Origin: a virus
Taxonomy: Duplodnaviria; Heunggongvirae; Uroviricota; Caudoviricetes
IMG/VR virus record: IMGVR_UViG_3300031994_000001
Location: 279,799 to 343,798 of that record
Strand: one strand, 5' to 3'
DNA: 64,000 nt
Made by a program: the position numbers and the translations under genes. Under the pieces are notes generated by a model. It saw only the letters and a program-made list of their open reading frames with translations, searched no databases and had not been told where the DNA came from. Positions 47,105-56,009 of the stretch are shown here, piece after piece; positions within the stretch are counted from its first letter, which is position 1; each line of letters begins with the position of its first letter.

Positions 47105-47515
47105 ATGGAAATACAAAAATCTGACAGATACATAAACGAGAAAATCGGCATACAACCCGTCACAAAAGACCGACTTTCAACAAATATGGAATCAATTTCG
47201 CAGAATTATTCCATAATGGTTTGGCTTGACTTCGAAGAGGTCAAAAAGAAATTCCACGAAATCGTGGAAAAAGACAACGAGTTGTTGATACAGTCGGAAT
47301 TGGCGGGGAACAGCGTAAACAATTTCTATTCTTTCTTGGTAATCTGCCAAGAAATCAAAGACAAACTCGGTGCTGAAATAAAACTCGAACATTCAACCTA
47401 TGCGGACACCCCCGTAGGAACGATGTATATGAACAATGAGGAAATCGGCTCTTTTGTCATATCGAACAACAGCGATGTGAAACGACTACTCAAATCAACA
47501 AATATGTCAGTATAA
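47105..47515 (+). CDS. Hypothetical protein with the two-part leader
   Basis: N-terminus MEIQKSDRYINEKIGIQPVTKDRL. Confidence 0.75.
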   Translation: MEIQKSDRYINEKIGIQPVTKDRLSTNMESISQNYSIMVWLDFEEVKKKFHEIVEKDNELLIQSELAGNSVNNFYSFLVICQEIKDKLGAEIKLEHSTYADTPVGTMYMNNEEIGSFVISNNSDVKRLLKSTNMSV

Positions 47516-47517
47516 AA

Positions 47518-47546
47518 CAACAGCCGTCAGATTTGACGGCTGTTTT
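47518..47546. terminator. Bidirectional terminator
   Basis: aacagccgtca-gatt-tgacggctgtt stem. Confidence 0.8.
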
Positions 47547-47550
47547 ATTA

Positions 47551-48006
47551 TTACCAATGTTGGTAGATTATATCAAATCCACCGTCCTTTCTCTGCGTCA
47601 CGCCGATAGCCCGATTCATAATGTCGGCTGAACCGTCACTTCGATTATACCAAGCGTCAAGATACATTTCGGGATTGCCGTCATCATTGTTCTCGAACTT
47701 GCCTTTCTTGAACCCGCTAACTATGTCATTCCACAAATTTCTGATATCGCTTTCGCTTTTAGGCAAGTTGTATATTTCATTGTTCCACGGAAAACGCAAG
47801 TCCAAATTTTCCATTTTCCTGCGCTCACCCCTGCTGTTACCGCCATCAATGTCATCTTCCAAATCAGCAAGCAATTCTTCAAGGTTTTTCTTGAACGTCA
47901 TATATGGTATGTCGTCTTTCAGACTTTCCAACCTATCCTTGCCTATCGGTTGAATACCAAGCCTCTCGCAAACACCGAACTCCGAAAATTTCTTTATACG
48001 AACCAT
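47551..48006 (-). CDS. Hypothetical protein with the two-part leader
   Basis: MVRIKKFSEFGVCERLGIQPIGKDRL; late promoter at 48023. Confidence 0.75.
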   Translation of the reverse strand: MVRIKKFSEFGVCERLGIQPIGKDRLESLKDDIPYMTFKKNLEELLADLEDDIDGGNSRGERRKMENLDLRFPWNNEIYNLPKSESDIRNLWNDIVSGFKKGKFENNDDGNPEMYLDAWYNRSDGSADIMNRAIGVTQRKDGGFDIIYQHW

Positions 48007-48137
48007 AGTGAATTATTTTGAGTATTTATAAAGCAAGAGCCGCCAAAAACTGACGGCTCGGTAACTTTTTCAACAACTTGGTTGATAAGATTAAGTATTC
48101 ACAACGGTCGGTTTAATCTCCATCGCTTATAAATGAC

Positions 48138-48878
48138 TTATATATAAACATTCTGACTTACCACATCGGGATTCATAGACGGGTTGGGCGGCTCACTCTC
48201 CATACCATTAACCATATGCGTATGCTTGTTGAAATACTTTAAGAATGTGTCGCCTTTAAGCAGACCCTCAACAGCGTCCTGCCCAAGTTTAACACAAGGG
48301 GCGTTTATCTTTATCTCCTTATCGGAGTTTATCGTTATGTCGCCGTTCTTCAACGAAACGCTGTCACCGTTTGAGTTATACATAGTGATTTCACCCTCTG
48401 GTGTAAGGTTGAATGTGGCTGAACCGTATGCGTTCTTGAAGTCTATGACGAATCCTTTTTCCTCCGTGAAAAAAACCTTTATGTACTCGCCCTTTCTGAA
48501 ATTGTCGGCATCATTTGCAAGGTTGGTGTCATATATGAGAACGTGAGCATTGGGATAGTAGTCCGTGCCTATCTCGGCAGAAACCTCATCCGACACATAC
48601 ATATTGCCGCCCCATTCGGGAGTGTTGATAGTGCCGCCGACCTTTACGATAGAACCTATCTTCGGAACGGAGAAACTGCCCGCGCCGCTCGAACTTCCGC
48701 TCTGCGGCAGGCAGGTAGGCATAGCCCACGGAAGCATCTCCGCAGGAATCACATAAGAACCGTCAGCGTTCTTTTGGTCGGTAACGCCGAATATTCTGAC
48801 GCGCACCCTTCCCTTGAATGTGGGGTCGTAATTGTCTTCTACTCTTCCTATCATATTGTTTGGCTTCTCATTATCCAA
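48138..48878 (-). CDS. gp5: Baseplate hub/central spike protein (gp5/gpV-like)
   Basis: GRVEDNYDP..GRVRVRIFG, LPWA and FSVPKIG OB fold; terminal HTH metal-binding motif. Confidence 0.85.
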   Translation of the reverse strand: MDNEKPNNMIGRVEDNYDPTFKGRVRVRIFGVTDQKNADGSYVIPAEMLPWAMPTCLPQSGSSSGAGSFSVPKIGSIVKVGGTINTPEWGGNMYVSDEVSAEIGTDYYPNAHVLIYDTNLANDADNFRKGEYIKVFFTEEKGFVIDFKNAYGSATFNLTPEGEITMYNSNGDSVSLKNGDITINSDKEIKINAPCVKLGQDAVEGLLKGDTFLKYFNKHTHMVNGMESEPPNPSMNPDVVSQNVYI

Positions 48879-49486
48879 TAGGCATCAATCAAGTCGTCTA
48901 TCGGCTTTATATTATTATAGTCAAGTTCATTTTCCGTGACATATTTATACAAAGCGGTCTTTGCAAGCATTTCGTCATTGAGTTTGTTGTCAATGAAAGC
49001 CTTTATCATATACTCCTTGTTTGCGTTGCCCTTTCCCGCAAGTTTCTTCGCGGAAGTCGGGGCGACAATCATAAGTCTGTCATAGCCGAACATTCTGATA
49101 ATATCCTTACGAAGAAACGAGTTGAACATAATGAGGTCAATAAAAGCCGCGCCCTTGCTTTGGAATGCGAAGCCTTCAAGTGAAATCATACTCTCGCCGC
49201 TCATATAACGGGTAAGCCGTTCCGTGATGATGCTGTTCATAATCGAAGCGTCACGCATTTTCGACATCTGCTCCGTCTGATATGACGATTTGTCAGTCTC
49301 CCTATTGTAAGGTATGACTTCGATTATGTTTGAGAGAATGTTGTGATAATGGAATTTTTTAAGCGGTTTCTCACGTTTCCATTCAGCACCCTCGGCATTG
49401 AAAAAAGAAATGAAGTTGATTTCCTCGCCATTGTCTATGCAGACGGCGGGTGAGTTAAGTGAATAGTCTATACCAATTCTTATCAT
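48851..49486 (-). CDS. RuvC-like Holliday junction resolvase
   Basis: IGIDYS, LEGFAF, KKLAGKGNANK and DDLIDAY motifs. Confidence 0.85.
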   Translation of the reverse strand: MIRIGIDYSLNSPAVCIDNGEEINFISFFNAEGAEWKREKPLKKFHYHNILSNIIEVIPYNRETDKSSYQTEQMSKMRDASIMNSIITERLTRYMSGESMISLEGFAFQSKGAAFIDLIMFNSFLRKDIIRMFGYDRLMIVAPTSAKKLAGKGNANKEYMIKAFIDNKLNDEMLAKTALYKYVTENELDYNNIKPIDDLIDAYWIMRSQTI

Positions 49487-49488
49487 TG

Positions 49489-50160
49489 TTATTGATTTTG
49501 CTTGTTTTTGAGGTATTCGTTATATGTTAAAAGACCTTCACGCCACTTGTTCTTGCAGGCGGCGTACTCGCTCCTTGCGGAATCCCGCAGATTTCTGCCG
49601 TGCCTTTTCGACAACACCGTGCCGTCCTTTGCTATGACGGTATTGCCGTCTTCCGTGACGGTGCATCCATTGGAAGCGACAAACGGTTTTACGGAATCGA
49701 ATTTGTCGTGTTCCTTTCTATACTGTTCAACATACTTGTTGTATTCTTTCAGACTGTCATCAAGTTCCTTTCTTTCCCTCTCCATTTTTTCATTGTAGGA
49801 TTCGATATAGTCCTCGAACAACTGCTGAACGCCAAGTATGTTGTTCTTACGGAAAAGTGCTTTTATTTCATTCGACTTATCCTCCCAACAGTATCGGCAG
49901 GCATCGTCCAAAAAGGAATAGAACGGCGTTTTGTTACCGAACTTCGATGTATGATGCCATTCGTTATTTGTCACATAACCGAGTGTAATCAGCAAATTCA
50001 AAACACTGTCGCTTATGCCATAATTGCTCTTGAACTCTGTTTTCGGAAACCTGCCGTTGTCTTTCGCCTTTGCCGCACGGACGCTAATAGAGTAACCTAT
50101 GTAACCCGAATTTCCGCCAAATGATTCCGATACAAACTCGTTGAAAGATAGCATATTCAT
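49489..50160 (-). CDS. Hypothetical protein (EWHHTSK motif) with a leader
   Basis: MNMLSFNEFVSE/S; late promoter at 50171. Confidence 0.7.
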   Translation of the reverse strand: MNMLSFNEFVSESFGGNSGYIGYSISVRAAKAKDNGRFPKTEFKSNYGISDSVLNLLITLGYVTNNEWHHTSKFGNKTPFYSFLDDACRYCWEDKSNEIKALFRKNNILGVQQLFEDYIESYNEKMERERKELDDSLKEYNKYVEQYRKEHDKFDSVKPFVASNGCTVTEDGNTVIAKDGTVLSKRHGRNLRDSARSEYAACKNKWREGLLTYNEYLKNKQNQ

Positions 50161-50173
50161 AGTTTTTCTTTAT

Positions 50174-51751
50174 TTATACATTCTCAAAATCAACACGCAT
50201 AAGAACTTCCTTTGTTATCATACGCTTGGAATCCTTGAATGTTATGCTTTTCAGAAAGTCAGCGACACAATCCGTGTTCAGCATTTTCCAAGCGCGGACA
50301 GCCTCTTCCAACGTGTCAAATCCAATATAATAGCAAGTGTCGTCAAGCATAACGGGCTTGCAGTCCTGCGGCTTCACCAAACAGAAATGATAGGTCTTAT
50401 ACAAACCCGATATGGCAACCTTGTACGGCTTGAACGCATAGTCGCCTATACCGAATATGGAAAAGTCACACTTGTCACGATATATTTTCGACTTCCTTCC
50501 ACGGAACATACCTATATGGTCGTTGAGATAACTGAAAGTGTTTGGATAATCCGTTATGTATGAAGTGTCCTGCCCGACATACCGTTGCGTTACTATGGTG
50601 CGCCTATCTGTATCACGGGCGACATCGTGTTTCAAGTCGGAACTTTTCAGCAGCGGATATACCATATCGCGTTCAAGCACAAACCGCTCGCCCAATTTGT
50701 TGCGATACATATCGCCGTCACGGACAAACTCCATAACTTTAGAACAGTCGTGCTTCATACCCTGCCGCCACTCATAAGGGCAAACCCCGTCAACCCTGCT
50801 TTTACCGAAAGACAAATCCGAAACAAATCTGCCGTCACTATAACCGAATGTCCGTTTCTCTTTCAACGTGTACAAGTCAAACTCTCGGCAAGACAGTTCG
50901 CAACCGCTGTTAAGTCTGCAAAGGAACAATGATGCGTCCGCACTTATACCGAACTCCGACTTCGCGTCAAAATCATACTTGCGCATATCCGACACGCGGA
51001 GACCGCTGCGTTTCAAGTCACGGACAACCGCCCGTATGACAGACCCCTTTACAAGAAACGCCATACGACCGTCACAATCGCAGAAATTGGCGAGCAAATC
51101 GGTTGTTATATATTCCGCTATGTCGAAGTTTCCTTTGCCCGTCATAGCCTCAATTCCTCGAACACATTTTTCGTTGCTCTTGGCGGGAACATTGTCTGAA
51201 CCAATCGAACACAACTTTGTATTAGTCACCCAAGGCGGATTGCCTATAATCAGAAGCCTGCCGCCCACTGCGGATTCCCTTATCGGCGAAAAGTCGAATC
51301 CGAATATGCTTGACCGCAGTATGTGTATGCGTGGCTTTTTCCTTTCGGGTCTGTTTAAGAAATAATCCAAAATTCTGAACTTCGCCTGCCAAACATATCC
51401 GTCTTGTATCTCAACGCCAAACACCTCATCCACATTCGGAAAAGCGTCCAACGCGGCGATTATGAAATCGCCCCTCCCGCAAGTAGGCTCGAACACAACG
51501 CTCGGCTCAAACCCGCTTCCCGATACAAGGAAGACCACACGTTCAGCCAAATTGTCGCCCGTCTGATAGTCACCATATTCGGTTCTGTCATAACCGTCCG
51601 AAGAATGGCATACAGAGCCAAGTTCCGAATCACTGCCGAAGAATCCGACAATGCCGCAGGCATTTTCAATCATAATGTTCGCCGATTCATAAGAATTGCA
51701 AGACGACAAAACAGAGGAAATAAAATTTCGTGACAATTCAAATGCGTTCAT
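50174..51751 (-). CDS. N6-adenine DNA methyltransferase (gamma class)
   Basis: GDYQT, FEPTCGRG (motif I), GVEI and IIGNPPW (motif IV), followed by a target-recognition region. Confidence 0.9.
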   Translation of the reverse strand: MNAFELSRNFISSVLSSCNSYESANIMIENACGIVGFFGSDSELGSVCHSSDGYDRTEYGDYQTGDNLAERVVFLVSGSGFEPSVVFEPTCGRGDFIIAALDAFPNVDEVFGVEIQDGYVWQAKFRILDYFLNRPERKKPRIHILRSSIFGFDFSPIRESAVGGRLLIIGNPPWVTNTKLCSIGSDNVPAKSNEKCVRGIEAMTGKGNFDIAEYITTDLLANFCDCDGRMAFLVKGSVIRAVVRDLKRSGLRVSDMRKYDFDAKSEFGISADASLFLCRLNSGCELSCREFDLYTLKEKRTFGYSDGRFVSDLSFGKSRVDGVCPYEWRQGMKHDCSKVMEFVRDGDMYRNKLGERFVLERDMVYPLLKSSDLKHDVARDTDRRTIVTQRYVGQDTSYITDYPNTFSYLNDHIGMFRGRKSKIYRDKCDFSIFGIGDYAFKPYKVAISGLYKTYHFCLVKPQDCKPVMLDDTCYYIGFDTLEEAVRAWKMLNTDCVADFLKSITFKDSKRMITKEVLMRVDFENV

Positions 51752-51762
51752 ATTGTGAAATT

Positions 51763-51821
51763 AAAAAAGATATGCCGAATACCCGTATTTGCCCCCTATG
51801 GTCTGGTATTTCGGCATATCT
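51763..51821 (-). terminator. Long hairpin plus U tract immediately upstream of the methyltransferase start
   Basis: agatatgccgaa(a)tacc pairs with ggtattcggcatatct, followed by tttttt on the minus strand. Confidence 0.6.
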
Positions 51822-51852
51822 CCGTTATTGTGGTACAATCTGTCGTGCGGCA

Positions 51853-52626
51853 TTAAAAAACCGATTTAATGGAGTTTTTTGATTCCTTTGAATCGCCAAA
51901 AACAGACTTCAAATTGGAAACCTCCATCCTGCTTGCGAGATTTTCAAGGTTCATATCCGTCTCGTTACCGCTGTTCTCTTTCGGTATGGTTCTGTCCTCA
52001 ATAATGTTCGCCTCAATGTATTCCTGCGAACTCACAAGTGATTCCAATTCGGTGAGTTTCGCACTCAAAGCAGCCTTTTCCGCTTCAAGTGAATCAATCT
52101 TGTTTTGCATATCGGCGACCTTTTCGTCATATTCCGCGACAGTTGAGGTCAGTTGCGCACGCAGACTGTTGACCGTGTTGTTAAGTGTAGTGATTGTTTC
52201 GGTAAGTGAAGTCTCCATCACATTGGCATAGTCGCCCCAACGACCACTGTACAAAACGGTTTCATCGGAAGATGTCCTGCCGTCCTCTATCACGGTTGAT
52301 ATGTAAAACGTCTTGTCGGAGAGGTTCAATATCCTCTCGGCTTCCGATTCGCTTATGCGGAACACAACCTCGCCGTTAGCCATATCCACATTCTCCGCAT
52401 CCTTGTAGTGGGGGATACGGATTTTGGTGTCGCCAGAGACAAAGGAGAGATACACAGTTCCGAGATTCGTCAGATTCAACGGGACGTGGTTGTCAACCTC
52501 CTTATCCTCGCTTTCACGGTATATGGTGAAGAGGTAGTAGTTCGTGAACGGGGAAATCTCCATACAAATATCCCCGCGATAGTACATAGTTGCATTGGAC
52601 GCTAACTGCTGTATGCGTGTTGACAT
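51853..52626 (-). CDS. Putative structural protein with a C-terminal coiled coil
   Basis: 257 aa; beta-rich N-terminal half. Confidence 0.55.
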   Translation of the reverse strand: MSTRIQQLASNATMYYRGDICMEISPFTNYYLFTIYRESEDKEVDNHVPLNLTNLGTVYLSFVSGDTKIRIPHYKDAENVDMANGEVVFRISESEAERILNLSDKTFYISTVIEDGRTSSDETVLYSGRWGDYANVMETSLTETITTLNNTVNSLRAQLTSTVAEYDEKVADMQNKIDSLEAEKAALSAKLTELESLVSSQEYIEANIIEDRTIPKENSGNETDMNLENLASRMEVSNLKSVFGDSKESKNSIKSVF

Positions 52627-52955
52627 TACCTTTTCTTTTGTTCTTCAAGTTTTTGCAACTCGGCATCAATCTGCTTTTCACGCTCCAAGTCGAAACGCTT
52701 TCTGTCGGTTGACTGAATCATACGCTTCTCGCTTTTCAAGCCTTCAATGCGCAGGTCGGTGTCGGTTATCTGATATTTGTTTATACTGTCAATTCGGTCG
52801 TTGATTACCGCAATCTGCTCGGTCTGACGCTTGTCAAACTTTTTAATCTTCTTGTTGGTTGAGCAAGTTTTCAGCATAACGACAGCCATAAGGCACATAA
52901 TGATTATGATGCCGTATTTGTTCAGAAAGTCAAGTATCTTTTTCATAGTATTCAA
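52626..52955 (-). CDS. Small membrane-anchored protein
   Basis: N-terminal hydrophobic helix followed by KTCS and a coiled coil. Confidence 0.65.
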   Translation of the reverse strand: MNTMKKILDFLNKYGIIIIMCLMAVVMLKTCSTNKKIKKFDKRQTEQIAVINDRIDSINKYQITDTDLRIEGLKSEKRMIQSTDRKRFDLEREKQIDAELQKLEEQKKR

Positions 52956-53843
52956 TTAAAATTGTTCGTTGTCAAGCGGAATGTAGGAGTTGATTTTCTC
53001 ACGGAGTGTGACTTCCTTGATTTCCTTTCCGTCTTTGTCATACACTTTGACCTTTTCTTTCATAAGGTCTTCATAGTCGCGGTAGTCCTTACCCGCTTCC
53101 TTGCACTTGATAGCGCAGAAGTCAGAAACATACTTTCCGCCGTTTGGCGAAGACATTTGTTTGGCATCACCCGTGTAGGTACTGCCGAAGTAAATCCAAA
53201 CATCGCCGCCGACAATATCGTGACCCTTTCCGTATTTGAGAATTCCGAGCATTTGTTCGGCGCAACCCTTGTGGGTCTTTTCAAGGATTTTGTCGGCTAC
53301 CTTACGGCTGCGCATTTGGTTCTGTTTCTTCGCGGTGTCGAAGTTGTTGAGAACCCAAACGAGGTGGATGTTGTTAATGTCGTATCCGCCTATACCCGCA
53401 AGAACGGCAATATCTTCGAGTTTAGGATAACTCTTGAGGGTGACATCGAACATAACATTCTGTTTGTCCTTTCTTGTTGACTGCTGTCTGAACAGAGTGT
53501 TGTTCACTTTCTTGGCAAGTCTGTTGGTGTCGGAAAACTCGTGGAGGTTTGAAACGTCAGTCGGATTGGTCATATCAACCTCACCGAGAAACTTTCCATA
53601 TTTCTCCTTGTATTGCTTGCTCAACGGCTCGTCATCTTTCATCTTGACAAGTGTTTCCTTGATGTCGTCAACATTGAGAACCTTGCAGTCAATGCCGAGT
53701 ACGTTATTGGCAACGAATCCCTTCCCGCTGCCGCCACCACCGCAGAGAATGACAATCTGCCCGCTCTTCGGATAAGCCTTCTTGTTGAATGTTATGAGTT
53801 TTTCATTGATTTGTGAAAACTCGTTGTAAAGCATTATTTTCAT
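52956..53843 (-). CDS. P-loop kinase (zeta-toxin/AAA_33-like) with a leader
   Basis: GGGGSGKG, LNVDD, MFDVT and NQMRSRKV motifs; N-terminus MKIMLYNEFSQINE/K. Confidence 0.75.
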   Translation of the reverse strand: MKIMLYNEFSQINEKLITFNKKAYPKSGQIVILCGGGGSGKGFVANNVLGIDCKVLNVDDIKETLVKMKDDEPLSKQYKEKYGKFLGEVDMTNPTDVSNLHEFSDTNRLAKKVNNTLFRQQSTRKDKQNVMFDVTLKSYPKLEDIAVLAGIGGYDINNIHLVWVLNNFDTAKKQNQMRSRKVADKILEKTHKGCAEQMLGILKYGKGHDIVGGDVWIYFGSTYTGDAKQMSSPNGGKYVSDFCAIKCKEAGKDYRDYEDLMKEKVKVYDKDGKEIKEVTLREKINSYIPLDNEQF

Positions 53844-54148
53844 TTCAGTTCATTTATTTTTTCCATAATCTGTTGTTCGGTTTGGAGACCCGCAGCAATA
53901 CCCATAACCTCGCCGTCTTTGAAATAAACAAGCAACGGTATGTTGCGCACACCGAATTTTTCCGCGAGTTCCTTGTTGTCCTCAATGTCGCATTTCGCTA
54001 TTTTGAACTCATTGTGTTCCTCTGATATTTTGTCAAGGGTTTTACCCAACACCCTGCAAGGGGAACACCATTCGGCGTAAAAGTCAACAATCGCAATACC
54101 ATCAGCGATGGTTTCGGGTAAATTTTCTTCGTTTACTGTTGTAATCAT
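53840..54148 (-). CDS. trxA: Thioredoxin
   Basis: DFYAEWCSPC and IP..FKDG motifs. Confidence 0.92.
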   Translation of the reverse strand: MITTVNEENLPETIADGIAIVDFYAEWCSPCRVLGKTLDKISEEHNEFKIAKCDIEDNKELAEKFGVRNIPLLVYFKDGEVMGIAAGLQTEQQIMEKINELK

Positions 54149-54166
54149 ATCAATATGTTTTAGTTG

Positions 54167-54622
54167 TTATATTTTTCCAAAATAGATTTTTTCCAACTGT
54201 TTGTCATCCAAATCAAAATCCTCTTTTACACGGGCAATGTAATCTTCAATTACCGTTTCATATTTCGGGTCACTTTTGTAATACACAAACGCCTCCCAAA
54301 GCGTAGCGAACACCTTGACTTTCGTGAGTTTCTGTTTCGAACGGGTCTTGTGCTTTTTCAATTGTTCAGCCATAGACAATTTATCCCACGAGTCAAACCT
54401 CTTGCTTGTGTCATCGCAAGCCTTTGTGAAATTAAGCCAGCACTCCTTTGAAAAACCGAGTTTCATTATATTGAAGACCACCTGCTCCTCACCGACAGTC
54501 CTTTTTCCCGTCCAAAAATGTTTTTTACCCAAAACATCGCCCATCTTGTTAAGCCTATCCTTGGACACGGGCTGTATGTTCAGTTTCTCCGAAACAAATC
54601 CTCTGTATGATAACACTTTCAT
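54167..54622 (-). CDS. Hypothetical protein with the two-part leader; paralog of the next gene
   Basis: MKVLSYRGFVSEKLNIQPVSKDRL; late promoter at 54641. Confidence 0.75.
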   Translation of the reverse strand: MKVLSYRGFVSEKLNIQPVSKDRLNKMGDVLGKKHFWTGKRTVGEEQVVFNIMKLGFSKECWLNFTKACDDTSKRFDSWDKLSMAEQLKKHKTRSKQKLTKVKVFATLWEAFVYYKSDPKYETVIEDYIARVKEDFDLDDKQLEKIYFGKI

Positions 54623-54653
54623 AATTTCCGTTATTTGTTATATTTATATCGGA

Positions 54654-55127
54654 TTAGAACGGGAGTTTGAAGAAAATCTGTATTATTTTCTCGAATGTCA
54701 TAAACTTCACGTCTGTCATAAGACGCTTCACATACCAAAATATGACAGACTTGTAATCATCGTCATTCCCATACATTTTGAAAGCCGCCCAAAGAGAAGT
54801 GTACAATTCGGTCTCGGTCATATTTTTGTTGACGCGAACGGCGTGTTTATTCAGTTGGATGCGAAGTGGAAGCGAATGCCATTTCTTGAACAACGCCAAC
54901 ACTTCGTCAGATGTTTTCTTCATTTTCTCGCTGTTCCAAGCGATGAAACTGTTAGTCCACATATTCCTTCCGAGTTGGTCAAGGTCAACCAACACATCAA
55001 TCGGGTAGTTGTAACCAAACAACTTGTTTTTCATATCGGAAAGCCGTTCAACAGTCCGTTTCAACCTATCCGCAGTAACGGGCTGTATGTTCAGTTTTTT
55101 CTTCTGTTCATTGGGATTTGCCTGCAT
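54654..55127 (-). CDS. Hypothetical protein with motif B only; paralog of 54167-54622
   Basis: KLNIQPVTADRL; SLWAAF..Y.....YKSVI is similar to TLWEAF..Y.....YETVI. Confidence 0.7.
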   Translation of the reverse strand: MQANPNEQKKKLNIQPVTADRLKRTVERLSDMKNKLFGYNYPIDVLVDLDQLGRNMWTNSFIAWNSEKMKKTSDEVLALFKKWHSLPLRIQLNKHAVRVNKNMTETELYTSLWAAFKMYGNDDDYKSVIFWYVKRLMTDVKFMTFEKIIQIFFKLPF

Positions 55128-55139
55128 ACCAACGGAATA

Positions 55140-55988
55140 TTAAAGTGAAAGCATATCGCCGAACATTCTGTCAATGTCGGGGTTAGTCCATTTTATGAAC
55201 CCCGTGTTCGGTGTGAATGTCATCTCTCCGAGATACACACGACCGTTCACCTCGTAGAAGTCAACCCTAACGAATCTGAAGTCGGCAGACAGAATCTCCG
55301 CATATTCCTTCATAGTGTGAAAGCACAACGGCTTGCTGTCAAGCATAGCGGGATTGTTTGGAAAGTCGGTACGGCAGATGTCAACGAACTTGAAATCCAT
55401 ATCGTAATAGTTGAGACGCTTGGTTTTCTTGTGTCTGTCGTTGATTATCTGAACGAATGTCGGCTTTCCGTTGAAACAGATGAACTTGTAATCCGTCACA
55501 TCAGCCTTGCCACGATTCTCTATGAATTTCTCGGCGAAACACTTTCTCGGTATGTTGAGGTAGTGCGGCTCTATTGTTTCGAGTCCGAATGGTATGTTTA
55601 ACCATTCTTTCAGTTTGCTGACACAAGTCAGTCTGTTCAGAGTCGTCTTGCTTCTGCATATTATGTTATACCCGTAACCGTGGTTGCATTTCAGAACGAA
55701 CCTGCTCGGCAGTTCCTTGAAGTCAAGCCTTTCGGGAAAATCATAGATTTTGAGCAGAGGCACACATATATCGCTGCCAAGTTTAGACCTGCAATAATGG
55801 TGAACCTTTATTTTGTCGGCGCAAACCGATTTCAATGGATTCTTGTCATCGTAGATTTGCAGCCATTGCATTTTCTCACACCAAGTCTTCGGATTGTCTA
55901 TGTCGAAGTCTTGAAATTCTTTTAGGCGGGCGCGTTCAATGATAGCCTGCTTCAGTTGTTCGCTGTCGCCGAATGGTTTATTGTCCAT
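55140..55988 (-). CDS. TupA-like ATP-grasp protein of polysaccharide loci
   Basis: NPKTWCEKMQW, ADK..V, FVLKCNHG, DYKFICFNG, VRVDFY and GEMTFTP motifs. Confidence 0.88.
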   Translation of the reverse strand: MDNKPFGDSEQLKQAIIERARLKEFQDFDIDNPKTWCEKMQWLQIYDDKNPLKSVCADKIKVHHYCRSKLGSDICVPLLKIYDFPERLDFKELPSRFVLKCNHGYGYNIICRSKTTLNRLTCVSKLKEWLNIPFGLETIEPHYLNIPRKCFAEKFIENRGKADVTDYKFICFNGKPTFVQIINDRHKKTKRLNYYDMDFKFVDICRTDFPNNPAMLDSKPLCFHTMKEYAEILSADFRFVRVDFYEVNGRVYLGEMTFTPNTGFIKWTNPDIDRMFGDMLSL

Positions 55989-56009
55989 AACTTGTTTAGT
56001 TTGAGATTA

